From Octopus sinensis (Eukaryota), in assembly GCF_006345805.1 (NCBI RefSeq), contig NC_042997.1, positions 28,520,001-28,584,000 on the forward strand: DNA of 64,000 nucleotides. Reading direction: 5' to 3'. Position numbers and translations under genes: made by a program. Under the pieces are notes generated by a model. The model had not been told where the DNA came from. It was given only the letters and a program-made list of their open reading frames with translations, and did not search any database. The first letter of the stretch is position 1, and each line of letters opens with the position of its first letter. This document shows positions 29,386 to 43,600 of the stretch, one piece after another.

Positions 29386-29683
29386 AGTGGTGGACTGGTC
29401 AGGTTGCCAGCTTGTCTGATGGCAAGTGGACCCCTGCGCCATTAGAATCCATATATAGAGACCCATGTTAGCATCTAAGGGGCCCTCAAGTTTGAGAATC
29501 TTTTATTCACTTCTGGAAGAATGCATTATTTCAGCCTGGCTGTATTTGTAGACAACTGAAAAGAATAATTTTAACAAACAAACAAAAAGAAAGAATAATA
29601 ATAAATAAATGATAGCATTTTAGTTGCGGGTTAGCGCACTTAGTCTCCTGGCAACCGGTATTTTTAGATCCAGGCCAATACTG
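29386..29683 (-). mobile_element. hAT-like MITE, empty-site paralog of 21084-21754
   Basis: The reverse complement matches gccaggctgaaataa.gcattcttcc...ctcaaact and atggattctaatggcgcagggg. It has a single TTAGAT where the other copy has the SINE. Confidence 0.65.
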
Positions 29684-29759
29684 ATTGTAAAAACGACTAT
29701 AACGTGTAAAGTCAAATTCAAATGTGACAATGAAAATTTTCCACAAGTCAAAACATTTT

Positions 29760-30270
29760 ACGCATACGGTATTTTATTGGTTGACGTTTTAAACCTTGCA
29801 GCGTGTCTGCAGGAATTTAAGAGCGCGCATCTCTGGTTCAAAGCATGTTTATCCTGGAAAAGGATGAAGAACTTTTCTGAGAGGCAAAGATAAAATTTCA
29901 TGAGTCTTTTATAACCGCCTTGTCTGTATGATGATGCTTTTTCTTGAATTTCGCAGGTTTTATTGAGAGGACGGTTGTCATTCTCTTTCAATTCCCAGAC
30001 ATGCTTTGCAAAACTAGTTACTGTCCTATTCTCGGGATATCGGAAAGAATTTCGATGGGAAGAGAAACGATTCTTGAATGAATTTTTCGAAGGCCTTGTG
30101 TATGTTTTGTATTATTGTGAGCCATCTCTTTGCACTTTAGCTTTATAAACAATTCCTTTTTCAAGATATTTACCTTCCAACGGACAGCAAGTCTTTTCTT
30201 TGAAGTTGCAGTTCTTCAGATTAGATTCGGCACTGTGTTTGTTTGTAATAATTATCATATTATATGATTG
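29760..30270 (-). pseudogene. Decayed PLE GIY-YIG endonuclease
   Basis: NLKNCNFKEKTCCPLEGKYLEKGIVYKAKV...KNSFKNRFSSHRNSFR...SFAKHVWELKE...FYLCLSEKFFIL...ALNQRCALLNSCRH: Cys cluster, VY motif, H, CxxE and CxH. Confidence 0.85.
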
Positions 30271-30339
30271 TAAACATTTTACTTTATTTCCGTATTTTAA
30301 TAATCTATATTCAGCTCTAAGTATATGAAATATGTTTTC

Positions 30340-31005
30340 AAGGCGGTTATTACAACTAAACCCTTAGACTGATACATTTCTAAATCAGATATAGGCAAAA
30401 TTGATAAAGTTATCATTGCCAAACACATACTTAAACTTATAAAGATAACTCAACTTAAGTTATAGTCTTCTACTTATGATGTGTTTGATTGCTTTACCGA
30501 TAATAAGAAAAAATGCATAAAATTCATACAAATTGATATATGTATTTACTATGCATATATTAATTCAATTGTAGTTAATAATGCAGTAGTATTTGCAGTG
30601 AAGAACTCTTGCTTATCTAAAAAAGACACATACGTGCTAGCTGATAGTTAATTCTTAACCGAATTCAAAGGAAAAACTGGGAACGTGAGGATTGGCTTCG
30701 TGGATTCGACATTTCTATGGGCTCCAGCGGCTCGGCTCGCTGGAAGTTATATTTTAAAATATATTAATAGCGAATTTCCGGAGTTAGGAACATGATTATA
30801 TAGGGCCGACGCTCTTTATACAATACACAGATCTAGGAATGCTAAATTGGAAAGATCCCAGAAAAAACTTTTGGGATTATTTAAGTCGTTCTCTTTCTTT
30901 TGAAAAAGGACATAGTTACGTTAATGATCTACATGTTAATTTAGCTTTAGATACGGGCCTATAACGACCGTACCAAAAACCGAATGATGAACAAGTTTCT
31001 CCTCG
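30340..31005 (+). pseudogene. Decayed PLE RT core, inverted relative to the adjacent endonuclease
   Basis: SKSDIGKI, KFIQIDI, DISMGSS, LYRAD (decayed YRDD) and RPYQKP are collinear with RSDIGII, RFIQFDI, DVPMGSS, LYRDD and CPYHKP of the 59778-61481 ORF. Confidence 0.85.
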
Positions 31006-31527
31006 TATCTCAATATTTTGGAGCTTGGAGTACTTCATCAGGATGAAGTGGAGAAATGGAAGACGGATTAAAGAGAGTATCATGTCTCATGAATTTGGGA
31101 GGGGAAAAAACATGCGCAATGTGGTTTAGTTATTAATGCCATTTTGCTTAGTAAACTTTTTTCAGTAGTTTATTGCTGATTTCAGCTTATTTTTAAGGCT
31201 AGCTACCTTGATTCGGAGGTTATTCGCGTTACATTCTGTGGGCATTCTCATTGGTATGATGAAGCCGGCATTAAATCACGGAAATGTGATACACGAAGAA
31301 AACCAGAATTGATATTGACAGCAGTTTACATAGGCCACTGCCCTCTACCTACCATATATATGAGGAATGCCGAAAGCTTTGAGATAACTTCCATTTGTCG
31401 GTGCATTCTGGTGAATTGGCCGTAACCACGCATTTTCGAAATACAGATGAAGTTCACTTTTGCAGTACCTCAAATAATGTAGATGAAGTTTTATATCTCG
31501 AAATTCTTAGTGCAAAATTCTCTTTTC

Positions 31528-31631
<104 letters not shown>

Positions 31632-31731
31632 CATATAGGTACGCACACGCACGTCCGCTCTGGGCCTCACACATATACACACGCATATAAATATATATAT
31701 ATATATGAACAATATATACCTACACAAGTTA

Positions 31732-32040
31732 TCTGTTTTGGTAGATAGTGGGCAGGTTCCGCTTCTACGCGTAAGAAGATATGTCCTCATCAATGCGCCT
31801 GGTGTTAAAACAACTAGAAATCAGCCATAAACATTCAGGAGCGATGATGAGAACATTTTCTCATACACCTAAAAGCGCAGCCTACGCACGAACTAGCAAA
31901 ACACATACCTGAATGGGACATGATGCGAGTTTTCTTGTTTGTTTATGACTGATTTCTAGTTATTTTAACACCTGGGGCATTGATGAGAATACATCTTATG
32001 CGTAAAAACGGAGCCTACATATGATCTACCAAAAAACAGA
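31732..32040. mobile_element. MITE with TIRs of about 100 bp and a TA target duplication
   Basis: tctgttttggtagat...gtgttaaaacaactagaaatcagccataaaca / tgtttatgactgatttctagttattttaacac...atctaccaaaaaacaga. TA lies at 31730-31731 and 32041-32042. Confidence 0.75.
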
Positions 32041-32184
32041 TATCTTGTGTAGGTATACTTTATATATATATTTATATGCGTGTGTATATGTGTGACACCC
32101 AGAGCGAGTGCGTGTGTGTGCTTGTTTGTGTACATATATGTATATATGCATGTATATTTATATATTTCAAATTTACTGAAAAAC

Positions 32185-32320
32185 AAATGACGAAGACAGG
32201 TGTGTGAACAACAAGCAGGTGTACCAGATTAACGCTCGGGAAGTGAGAACGTATTTTACGTTTCGAACCCACGCTCTTCAACATAAAGAAATATGAGGAA
32301 ATAAACAGAGAGAATGTAGC
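32185..32320 (-). mobile_element. Family B element with a hammerhead-like motif at 32253-32288
   Basis: Minus strand: CTTT-ATGTTGA-A-GAGC-GTGG-GTTC-GAAA-CG-TA-AAAT. Confidence 0.65.
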
Positions 32321-32378
32321 GATTAATCATGGCGACACACACACACACACTCACACACACACACACACACACACACAC

Positions 32379-32444
<66 letters not shown>

Positions 32445-32499
32445 CATATATATATATATATATTTACATATATATATATATTGAGAATTTACAAAAAAA

Positions 32500-32625
32500 A
32501 TACAAAAGACGAAGACTAGTGTGTAAACTACAAACAGATGTATTCGTTTAACGTCCGGGAAGTGAGAAAGTCTTTAACGTTTCGAGCCTACGTTCATCGA
32601 CAGAAAGGAATGCAGAAATAAGGTA
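32500..32625 (-). mobile_element. Family B element with a hammerhead-like motif at 32572-32607
   Basis: Minus strand: CTTT-CTGTCGA-T-GAAC-GTAG-GCTC-GAAA-CG-TT-AAAG. Confidence 0.7.
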
Positions 32626-32637
32626 TAGTGGCTAGCG

Positions 32638-32716
<79 letters not shown>

Positions 32717-32779
32717 CATCTATTTATTTATTTATCTATCTATCTATCTCTCTATATATCTATCTATCTATCTATCTAC

Positions 32780-32811
<32 letters not shown>

Positions 32812-33262
32812 ATATCTATCTATGTGTGTGTGCACGTGTTGAAGTATATACACATGTATGTATATATTTAGGCTTGCACGGGTGTATATCTTCATTTATG
32901 TACAAATTATTGCTATACTTTGCTCAATAAGAATAGCATGATTAATTCGATATAAATGCTTATATATCTGCCTTCTCTGCACATTTAAAGTTGATCTCGA
33001 GTGGGGTTTTCATGAAGCAAAATGTTTTTCCTTCCAATTTATTTATGTAACAAGTTGCCAACAAATAAAACGATGTAACATAGGGTGATGTATTATCATC
33101 AACATCGTCGTCCTCGTCGTCATCATCATGATCATGATCATCATCATGATCATCATCATCATCAGGATCATCATCATCATCATTAACTTCACCATCATCA
33201 ACTTCATAATCATCATCAATAGTAATTATAATAATGATAATATTAACAGCAAATACAGCACC

Positions 33263-33338
<76 letters not shown>

Positions 33339-33339
33339 C

Positions 33340-33503
33340 ATATAACATACAGAAAATTGCACTACTAGGCACTGCACACATCCTACGCAGAACACTTTCC
33401 ATACAATAACCATCAGAGCATCACAACAAATCACAGCACATACCCAAGGCACACAGAGCTGCGCTCGGTAGTGAAGTGAAAGCACGCTATAAAAATAAAA
33501 CTA

Positions 33504-33560
<57 letters not shown>
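33340..33560 (+). mobile_element. 5'-truncated R4/Dong-type LINE 3' end in an (AAT)n tract
   Basis: NIQKIALLGTAHILRRTLSIQ* (typical RLE C-terminus), then a short 3' UTR, flanked by (AAT)n on both sides. Confidence 0.85.
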
Positions 33561-33571
<11 letters not shown>

Positions 33572-36500
33572 TAATTCGGCAAGTTACTGAGAAGTCTGCT
33601 AACTTTATGAAGATGGTAATTGACAATATGATATGATATGTGGCAATTATTTCTCTTATGGCACTATACACCGCTGTAGCGTGAGCAATACAAAAACGTG
33701 TTGGCTATACGGCTGTTAAAACAAGAATGAAGAGAAAAATACACTAGTTTGAAAGACGGTGAGAAACTAGCATTAAGTGCTTGATTCACGAAAGCAGATT
33801 CTTGAAGATGATGCACAAAAAAGAATCGTTTAAATATGGAAATAAAATACTATGTAGAAAAGGCAAAAAGAAACAAAAAAAAGTAAGTGCTGTAAATGAA
33901 GAACAGAAATAAAGTGTGACAACAAAGTCAGCTTAGATAAAATCGATAAAAACATAGAAAAGACTACTTTCAGAAGAAAATCTGCTTTCAAATTAATCCG
34001 AAGAGACTGTTTGATAAATTGAAGGAGAAGAAAGACAGCAATGAAGTGCCAGTTGCAAAGTTAAGCATAACATTTCGGTGTGACAAATGGGGCAAGAATG
34101 ATATCCATTATGAAGTGTCAAGATTAACTGAAGCAGTAGAAAAAAAGTAAACAAAATAGGGGAGCATAATATCAGATGGACATAGTGATAATCCTACAGC
34201 TTATGGCAAAGTAATCTTCTAAGTACAAAATAGGACGAACTGAAACGTGGCTGGCTGAAGCATATTCAAACACTAAGGTAGATACTGCGTATGCCTTTCA
34301 GTGAATAGCTTTAGCGAAAACGTATGCGATATTGTGTGACTTGCAAATCTGATTTTTAGATATAAAATAATACACTAATTATACCACACGGCAAAAGACA
34401 AATTAAATAATAACCGTTTAATCTTTTATTCCGTGTTCCTTTTTCTTAACTCAATATGTTCCTAAAAACCGAAGCACAATCATCTATGATAAACAACGCT
34501 AGAACTTATATCCACCTATTGATTAAAACCGGGCTTTCGTTAATTCACGAGGAAGTTCACGTACGATATTTATGAATATATGACGGGATGCAATAATTAA
34601 AAACAGGGGGAAAAAGGTTAAACTGATGTTATTTTGGTTTTAGTGTACTCTCTATGTAGAGTATTGTTTGTGAGCATTACGTCAAATCTACTAAAGGTAC
34701 TTACATTTACGGTAATGTAAAATGCAACAAATTCTTTTAGTATTTTCATCGTGTTGCACATCTGCATCACATAATCACTCATGCCAAGGTAGCATCATAT
34801 AAATGTGCGCCCTTTTTAACAGCGACGACATTTAATTTGTCAATGAAGCGTTTGTGTTTGTGGAGTATGAGACCTATAAATTCAAAGTCTGAGAGGTAAT
34901 CATCTCAAATATCACACACACACATACACACGCACACATATATACATATATAATTATATATAAAGATGAGATCCGTTTATCAAGGTGCAGGAAGTTAGTA
35001 AGATTCGAAGAGTCCGTTGAAGGTATAAAAATCAATATTCAGGAACAATAGTGGTGTATTGACATAGACGGTTGTAGCGTTTTCCCATACCAAAGTCTAT
35101 GGTTCACAATTGACAACTGGGTTTGCTATGTATGCCAATAAAAATTCAAATTTAGGGAATGGAGAAGGTAAAATCCAGACTACATATGTTTCCTATCTAG
35201 CAGAACATCAGAAGTTGTAATTATTTAACGAAGGGTAATCTGCTATGTACTCATCAAACAAAAGCTACCTTAGTCAAATGAATTTTATATTGTCGCCACG
35301 AAATTTGATTGAAAATGCACGGAAAACACAGAGAAAAGAAAAACAAATATATATGTGTGAAGAAATATTATATGGAAGTGGGCAAATATCTAACGTTGTT
35401 AACAACGTTAGATATTTGACCACTTAGATATTAGAAAGCAGAATAAAGAAAAGGAAAGGGGAAGAGTAGGGGAAAATATTGATAGCTGGCTAGGGGAAGA
35501 TGTTTGTGAATTTAGAATGGGATCATTCACTCTGTCCACTGGGAAATATATAAGTAAATATATTGTGCGCCCCTCTGTAAGTACATTTAAACTGAGGTAA
35601 AGATATATGAAGGGGAAGATGTCAGGAGGAGAGTAATAGAAAATAGAGTAGTGGTATTAAGCTAGAATTTATTAGAATAGGAGAGGTAGGTGTGAGATAA
35701 GGTTTTTGGATGCTAGGGGAACATACTAGTTCTAGGTAATTTGGTAGTTTATTACTTAACAGTAAGACTATACAAGCACATATTAGCGCGCACGCATGGA
35801 AATTTTCTGTGTGCCTGTAGTATCTTTTATGTGTGCATGCACGCATGAGTCTGTATATGCTCATGTGCATATACAGAGATCACTAATTTAACAATAAATA
35901 CGAAATATAAAAGAAGAAAGAATAATAATATAATAAAAGAATATAATAAAAAAAAGAAGAATATAATAACAGAATTTAATATAAAAAAGAATAATATAAT
36001 AAAAGAATATAATATAAAAAAGAATAAAAATATAAAAAATATAATGCATAAAAATATATAGGTAGTTAAAATTCGTTTGTTATAAATAGGTATAAGAGCT
36101 GAAAGTGGGGGCATATAAATAGTTAGTGAATAACGGGACGGGAGGGCCCAATTATTCGTACGTTGAGAATGTTACTTTATCGGCGAACTATTAAGAATTA
36201 GATGGTTTTGTACATTTAATTTTTGACTATAGACACTGATTATGTAATACATTCTCTTTTGAGATTTTGTTAGCTATGAAACATATGTAACCTATATTTT
36301 ACCTACTCCATTCTTTGAATTTGGAAAGAGAGAGAGAATTCCAAACACAGAGTATAGCAGAATAGCAGAAATAAATTTCCAAATGCAAAGAAGACATATA
36401 ATTAATTAGAATCTTATAATATTTTAAAATATAGGAATGTATTTGATCTGTTTCACATGTTTTCAAAGGTGTATATAGTAAGGAATTGTGTCACAAATTA

Positions 36501-37029
36501 TGATTATTCTGGCCCGTGTTATAAAATTAGTTTGCTTTTAGAGTAGGAATAGGAGTCACAACACTATCCGTTCAAATACAATTTCATTGCTCAATCAGAA
36601 GCTTAGAGAACTCCCTTCCTTGAGCATATCATATGACATAATACACACACACATATATATGTGTGTACGTATGCATGTATGAACGTGTATGTGCGTGTAT
36701 TTGAGTATTTATACATATGCATACTCAGTCCTGTGTATGGCAAGTCTACAAATAAATAGTACAATAAAGTTTTCAGTAATGAAAACAAGATGCAATATTT
36801 CTATAAAGGTGTAAAATACTAGATAAGTTGAGTTAAATCTCGATACGACATCGTTCGTTCAAACACTTCTCTCATAATATCCGTGCTAAACCAACTGTAA
36901 GTAAGAACTGCTCCTATGCTGAAAGAAACCAATAACTTAAAATGTAGAGATTGACCAAATTAATCAAGCAGTAAAGGATAAAAGGAACGAAGTTGCAGCT
37001 AAAGAAGATACTACAGAGGAAATAATTAT

Positions 37030-38540
37030 AGACCGGCCCAGAGCTGATTAAAATGCAATAATGATTGAGAGAGTTAATGTAACTGATAGGCAAAGTGAAA
37101 TACTCTCTGAACCAACCATAAATACTAAGGCAAATGAAAATCAAATACATGAAGAAAGTCACACAGAAATTGACCCAACAGAACTACATGATCTAAAAAA
37201 TCAAATCATGATCGAATGGCTGAAAATTAAAGAAACCAGTATGAATGAACGCGTTGCTCTCCTACAAATTCGTAATTCAAATAGGAAGCTGAAAATAATT
37301 GGTAAAATCCGCCTTGCCCTTAAGGATATAATTTCAGCTAATGATGTTAATATTACAGATGTCAACCATCTGTACTATGCATCCGAGAAAATCTCAACGA
37401 TTCAATGTTGTGAAAGATTAGAAAACGAACACATTCCTAGAAAAAAACCTTCTTCGTAAGAACGTATTTAACATCAATTTCAACTACTTAGATCCGACAT
37501 ATAGTGTTTAAAAAACCTTAAGTTTGACAAGACTATCAAACTTACAAACACCCGAACATTAAAGAGAAAATATAATGTGAAAAGCATATTTGACATTGAT
37601 ACCATCATAGAAACCTTCAGGCAAAAGGTATGTGCTAAAGCTGCCTGCATAAAAAAGTATGAAAAGCGCGTTATATTCTTCAAGGACGACATGTTAAAAA
37701 ATAACCGCAACAATTTTTACAGGAAGATAGGGAAAATACCAGTTACAGTAATGTCTGTCACATCAAAAGTAGTAGTGCAGGAATTTTGGAATAAAATTTG
37801 GGTAGAAGAACAAACACACAATAAAAAGCCCCTTGGATTGATAGAATATCTACACACTTAGACATTTTAGAAAAGCAACAGAAAGAGGGTATCCAGGTAG
37901 AAGATATAAGATTTGCTTTCAGGATGTCAAGCAAATGAAAGTTTTCAGGAAAGGATAGAATTCCTAACTTCTGGTTGAATGCCTACCCAGAGACCCATGA
38001 GCTCTCTTTTACTTGATTCAGTCATTTGACTGCGGCCATGCTGGAGCACCGCCTTTAGTCAGGCAAATCGACCCCGGGACTTATTCTTTGTAAGCCCAGT
38101 ACTTATTCTATCGGTCTCTTTTGCCGAACCGCTAAGTGATGGAGACGTAAACACACCAGCATCAGTTGTCAAGCAATGCTAGAGGGACAAACACAGACAC
38201 ACAAACATATACACACACATATATATATATACATATATATACGACAGGCTTCTTTCAGTTTCCGTCTACCAAATCCACTCACAAGGCTTTGGTCGGCCCG
38301 CTGGAACCATGTGGTTGATTAGCAAGTTACTTACCACACAGCCACTCCTGCACCTAACAAACCTGCTAACAAACCTTTACAACAATGTTTTGCAACATCC
38401 TAGTATGATTCCTTCTTGGCTAGTTAATGGTATAACATTCCTACTGGTTTTTTTGTCCAATGCGGGATAATACACTTAAACATCTAACGGGAGAAGGACC
38501 TCTTTGAGTCTTGTTATACCAACCCACCAAGAGATGGTTA
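37030..38540 (+). pseudogene. Decayed R4/Dong-type LINE, N-terminal and pre-RT region, interrupted by a SINE
   Basis: FRQKVCAKAACIKKYEKR...NRNNFYRKIG...QEFWNKIW, IPNFWLN..PETHE and LTNLYNNVLQHPSMIPSWLVNGITFLL. Confidence 0.75.
38002..38355 (-). mobile_element. SINE of the 28936 family (internally deleted)
   Basis: Reverse-complement match to 28936-29385. Confidence 0.9.
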
Positions 38541-39054
38541 TAACTTATCAACACTTCTCTCTACATGACTGTAATGATTAATAGAATTAACACCAAGACG
38601 ATGATTAATAAAATTAACTCCAAAACGATGAATATAGCTGTCATGAAACATTACATGAGAGCAGAGCAAGCCAAAAGAATCTGCTCTGCTGTGGACAGCT
38701 AGCATTTTGTGATTGATTCTTGATTTGTTGAATGTTCCCACGATTATTATCAGGCAAGTATCAAAGACTTATAATTTGCGGAAAGATACCCTGTGTGATC
38801 TCTGACTGCAGGCTGCTGTCCGCTCTCATAGAACCTACCAGAACAAAATAAGACAGAACGTTCTGAGAAATACAGCAATAATAATGAAAATAATAACAAC
38901 AACAACAACAACAACGATAATAATAGACCGTCTAATCTCAGGGTGTAGTCTTAGTTCCTGTAGAATATAAAGCAAGACATGAAAGATACGCCAGTATTTA
39001 CACTAGACATTATGTCGACATTATAAAATCAAAACGGCTGACAGATGGTATAAA

Positions 39055-39631
39055 CACCATCCTGAAGCTGTGACTGAGGGAGAAGATGTCTCGATTCTCT
39101 GGGACTTCTCCGTACATACCGACAAAACTATAAAAGGTAATAAACCGGATATCATTATAAAAGATCAGACAGAAAGGTGTGTTTATTAATTGACCTGAGT
39201 ATTCCTTGCAATCACAATATAGCGGCGAAAGAATTTGACAAGATCAGTAAATAGAAATTGAAAAAAATGTTTCATCTCAAGGCGACTACAGTACCAGTGA
39301 TTGTAGGATCTCTAGGAATGATAAAAAAAAGGTACTGAAACCTATTTGAAAATTATACCAGGCTGACCATCCCTACAAGAAGTGCAAAAAATCGTGTTAA
39401 CTGGAAAGACTCATGTACTCACAAGAGCATTATCGGTGTGAAAACAACATCCATTCATGAATTTATTTATTTATTAATTTCTTAAATACATATTTTACCT
39501 GTGAATTTGTGTGTGTAATCTGGGAATGAATACAATGAGCTTCTTTGCTCCAGGCGTACGGAAAACACTCGGTGAGAAAAGGAAGAATATTTGAAGAATG
39601 AAAATAATAAAAATTAAAATAAAAAAAAAAA

Positions 39632-39677
<46 letters not shown>

Positions 39678-39690
39678 TAATAATAATAAT
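39055..39690 (+). pseudogene. R4/Dong-type LINE restriction-like endonuclease domain, 3' UTR and (AAT)n tail
   Basis: PEAVTEGEDVSILWDFSVHTDKTIKGNKPDIIIKD...LIDLSIP..NIAAKEFDKISK...TVPVIVGSLGMI...LQEVQKIVLTG..HVL has the PD..D..K catalytic pattern. Confidence 0.85.
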
Positions 39691-40380
39691 ACAGATAAGT
39701 TAAGGTTCTCTACACTGTTTCTGTGAATCTTCTGTACATACGAAATTTTTATGTACCTTTACAAATTTAACGCTTCTGTGATATTTGTTATAGAATGTAT
39801 CGAATGTGTTGTTGCTTGCATGCATCATATAGTTTAAATGTTTTTATTTCAGTGTCTGTTACTGCCTGGAGAAATTTGTGTTTCATTGTTTTAGTTGTGC
39901 ATATTAACATTTAACTTCTTACCATTAACATCTTTCTTGTATTCTCTATGGATAGGAAAGCGATTTTTACCAGTGCCAGAACATTCTGAACACAATTAGA
40001 TGCGGCAACCATAGAAATGTGTATTAAAATAAATTTTCCGGTTGTTTTTTAATCAAATATTTATTCCTCTGAATTTTTCACATAATGCAACTTTCTCTGA
40101 GAGACTACTGTTACAAGAGCACTTTTCTCGCGTAATTAGCACCATTATATATATATTTCCCACAAGATGGTGAACTGAAAGAATTGTTAACACGCAGGAA
40201 AATTAGCAGCATTACGTCCCTCTTTATATTCTGAGTTAAAATTACCTGAAAAACAAGACGGCGTTGCCATTCACCCTTTCTGATTCGAAGAAATACGTAC
40301 CAGCTAACTAATAGGGGTGAATGTAGTCGACTATCTTCTTCCTCAAAATATCATGATTGTGCGTATAATAGAAAAAATTA

Positions 40381-40613
40381 CAGTAATCCCTCGCGATATC
40401 ACGGTTCACCTATCTCGGCTTTCTTATCCTGGTTTATTATTTAAGCTTACGTAGATTCATCCGTGGTGATTTGCCTTTATGATGAAATAAACATATACAA
40501 ATTATAAAATTATTAAAAATAATATACAAAACAGTACTGTTTATACTTCGTGGGTTTCCACCTATCACGGGGCGTTTTGGAACGTACCAGCCGCGATAGT
40601 CGAGGGATTACTG
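40381..40613. mobile_element. Tigger/pogo-like MITE
   Basis: Perfect 13-bp TIR cagtaatccctcg / cgagggattactg, with TA on both sides. Confidence 0.85.
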
Positions 40614-43600
40614 TACATATATGTTTCTTTAATAACACATACTCTATTCCCCTGCTCTTATCCTTACAATTTCTTGGAAAAGTATACCTGAACTGATAGT
40701 CAGATATCACATGCACTCAGTAGGCATTATACAACGGAAGAACATGTAATTCCTTGAGTAATATCTGAAGGCTGCAGATCCTGATATTAAGATTATCCTT
40801 CTGAAGATGGATATCAGAAGAGGCTATGATGCTAACAGACATATGCGGAAAAATATTTGCGAAATTTAAAATTTAGTTGAATGTAGATTCGCAACAAAAG
40901 GTCATTGGCATTTTCAAAAAAGTTATTATGTGGTTTATTTTGGAATGCTTTTGAAAACTGAGCAGAGTTCTACTCCATTCGACATAGATGAATTGGTTCC
41001 ATTGTTTTTGTGAATTCCGCTGTTCCCTTCTAACAATTTCATCGTATATTAAGGTTTTGAATAGGTAGCCTTGAGAGGAAGCTGTCTAACATTATACATT
41101 TCATATTACCGGGAAAATCAGTAGTGCATTTTTTTCTGATTTGCTTGAATACTCATTCTGATCTTTGAAGCAATCGTACGCCTTGCATATAAGAAAGCGT
41201 TAGAAACTATCATATGTTATGTATGGGATACTATCGTTTATATTACATTTTGGGAAATTATTATGCTTCAGGATATTACATTGCCAGGTACGTGAATATG
41301 ATATCGGTTATTAATGGTTTATTTACACTGAGACATTTACGATAGCCATTAAAATAATGCTTAAGTACTCTCTTTTTTAACAAATTGATGAGGATCAATG
41401 TGAAAAGTTTTCTAAATCCGTATTATATAATGTGAATTACAATGGCTCGCGTTTCACATAATTGGTACTATATGTCGTGAAGATCCTTGATGTAGGCCTG
41501 ACAGGAAGCTATTCGCTGTTGTTGCGGAAGGGAATTAAATGGGTGCTCCTCTTGTTTCATTGTTTTCTATATTCGTAGATAATACTCAGGTGCAACATTA
41601 TAAATGCTTTATTATATACAATATACGAAATTGGGGGAAACTAATAAACACAAGTAGTAGTAGCAGCGAACTGGTTATAGTCTCTGTAACCAAAAGTTAA
41701 TATTTTTCTTGTGGCTGCATCTAAATATTGTATATATTACAAACGTAAAGCAACCACTTAAAAGGCGTAATACGCAGAATAGTAATTGTTTTAGATGAAG
41801 ACATAAATAAAATCTACCAATCTATGCAGTAGATAGTAAATCATCAGAAAAATGTCTGTACTCTATATGTGCAGCACATTAAATAGTTCAAAGTGGAAGA
41901 CTAGACACTAATTGAGAAGACTAGAAACTAATTGATAAAAGATATACCAAATATTTTAGGTTTGAAAAAACATTACGCTTACGTCTGGGTTGTATTTAAT
42001 GTATACTTCGGCGTATGTATAAAAAAGAGACTGCAATCATTAATTTCTTATTGTTGAATGCTAAACAACAGAAACAGCGCTAGCCAGTCAATCGCAAACT
42101 ATGATTCCTCATTATAGGAAAGACACCAACATATCTAAAATCACTTTTTTTTACAAGTAGAGTCTTTTTGCATTTCTGTATTATCTAGCTGACATTTAGA
42201 ATTATGAAATAACGGATTGACATTCTTTCTTTTTCTGTAAAATATGTTTCCATGACTTGAGCAATAAGAAATTAATCTATGATTATCTGCCTTGATCTAT
42301 ATTTATAAACATATTACAGTAAGGCAATGTTTTCCAGAAAGTCAACTAAATCCTTATCCTGTGTGTGGCTTTAGCTGAACTGATCACATTAGCAAGGTTA
42401 GTGACTGTATTTGCATCTAAATGATATTATTTAAACAAACGTGTTAAAAATTGTTTCTTTTTGAATGGTATATATATCTTATTAAGTTGTGCTTTGTAGA
42501 AAACAAAACCTAACCCCAATAAATTGGTTAGCAATAAGGACCTATCGTAAATATATATAATATAGTTATGCAGTTGTTGTTTTAAAACACTGAGCCCATA
42601 GAAATGGCGTTCAATCAGTGGAATATAAAGATATGCATTTTGTATCTTAAAATTATAAATCCAAAGTGGTAATTTATAATTATATATTTAATTTATATCT
42701 TATAGTAAGGTACAAAGGAAAACTAAAAAAAAATGGCAAAGCAACGAAGTTTGCTGCGAAACAACGTAATTAACACAGAGGTGAAAATGTTTCAGTGGTC
42801 GCTTTTGACAAAATTCAAATTATGAAATGTAAATAAAAGAGTGGTCTAGATATGTACAAATAAGTGAACCTGTTCAGTATGTTAGATTCTAGAGCGGTGA
42901 GCAAGAAAAAGAAGAAAAAAAAAGAAAACCCCCTAGAAATTCGTAACTTTTTTAATTGCTTAACAGAAAAAAAGGAAGATAAGCATGATAATTTCTGTGA
43001 GAAAATGTATTATATGAAAAGTAAATTTACGTACGAATGTCAATATTGAGAGAAGCTGATCCGTTCATATTTTGTATGTTAATGTCCTGATGTGCGTGTG
43101 TGCGAAAAAACAAGTTTATTAGCAATTTTCCGTTTGAACATGTTTAGTTACGATAACTAAAGGAAAATGTCATTGAGTATAGTGTCGATCTCATCGTAGA
43201 GTGTGCGGTGTGAATGGGGGCGGGGCATATGTGATAGCAAGTGAAACTGTATATCAAGTACATTTGGGTGTGTGTCTGTATGTAAAGGGAACTATGTTTC
43301 TGGGTGCGTAAGTCTGGCTGCAAACGACTGCCCAACGCAAGTATGATATTCGTGAGAAGGTATTTTTAAGGTGCTATTTCATAGGATAAACGAGTAATAG
43401 GTGCGTGTGGTAGTATTCAAAACTTGAGATGATATATAGTGTAGACGCATATGTGAGCCGTTTGAGTGTGCACATCTTGTTCAAAAACAGTATAAATAGC
43501 AGGCGTGTTTCTCTGAGAAAGGAAGTCCAGCAGCTACAAACATTTATCTACTAAATGTTGCATCAACTGTTGCACATGATGTAGATGGCAAGTTTGAAAT

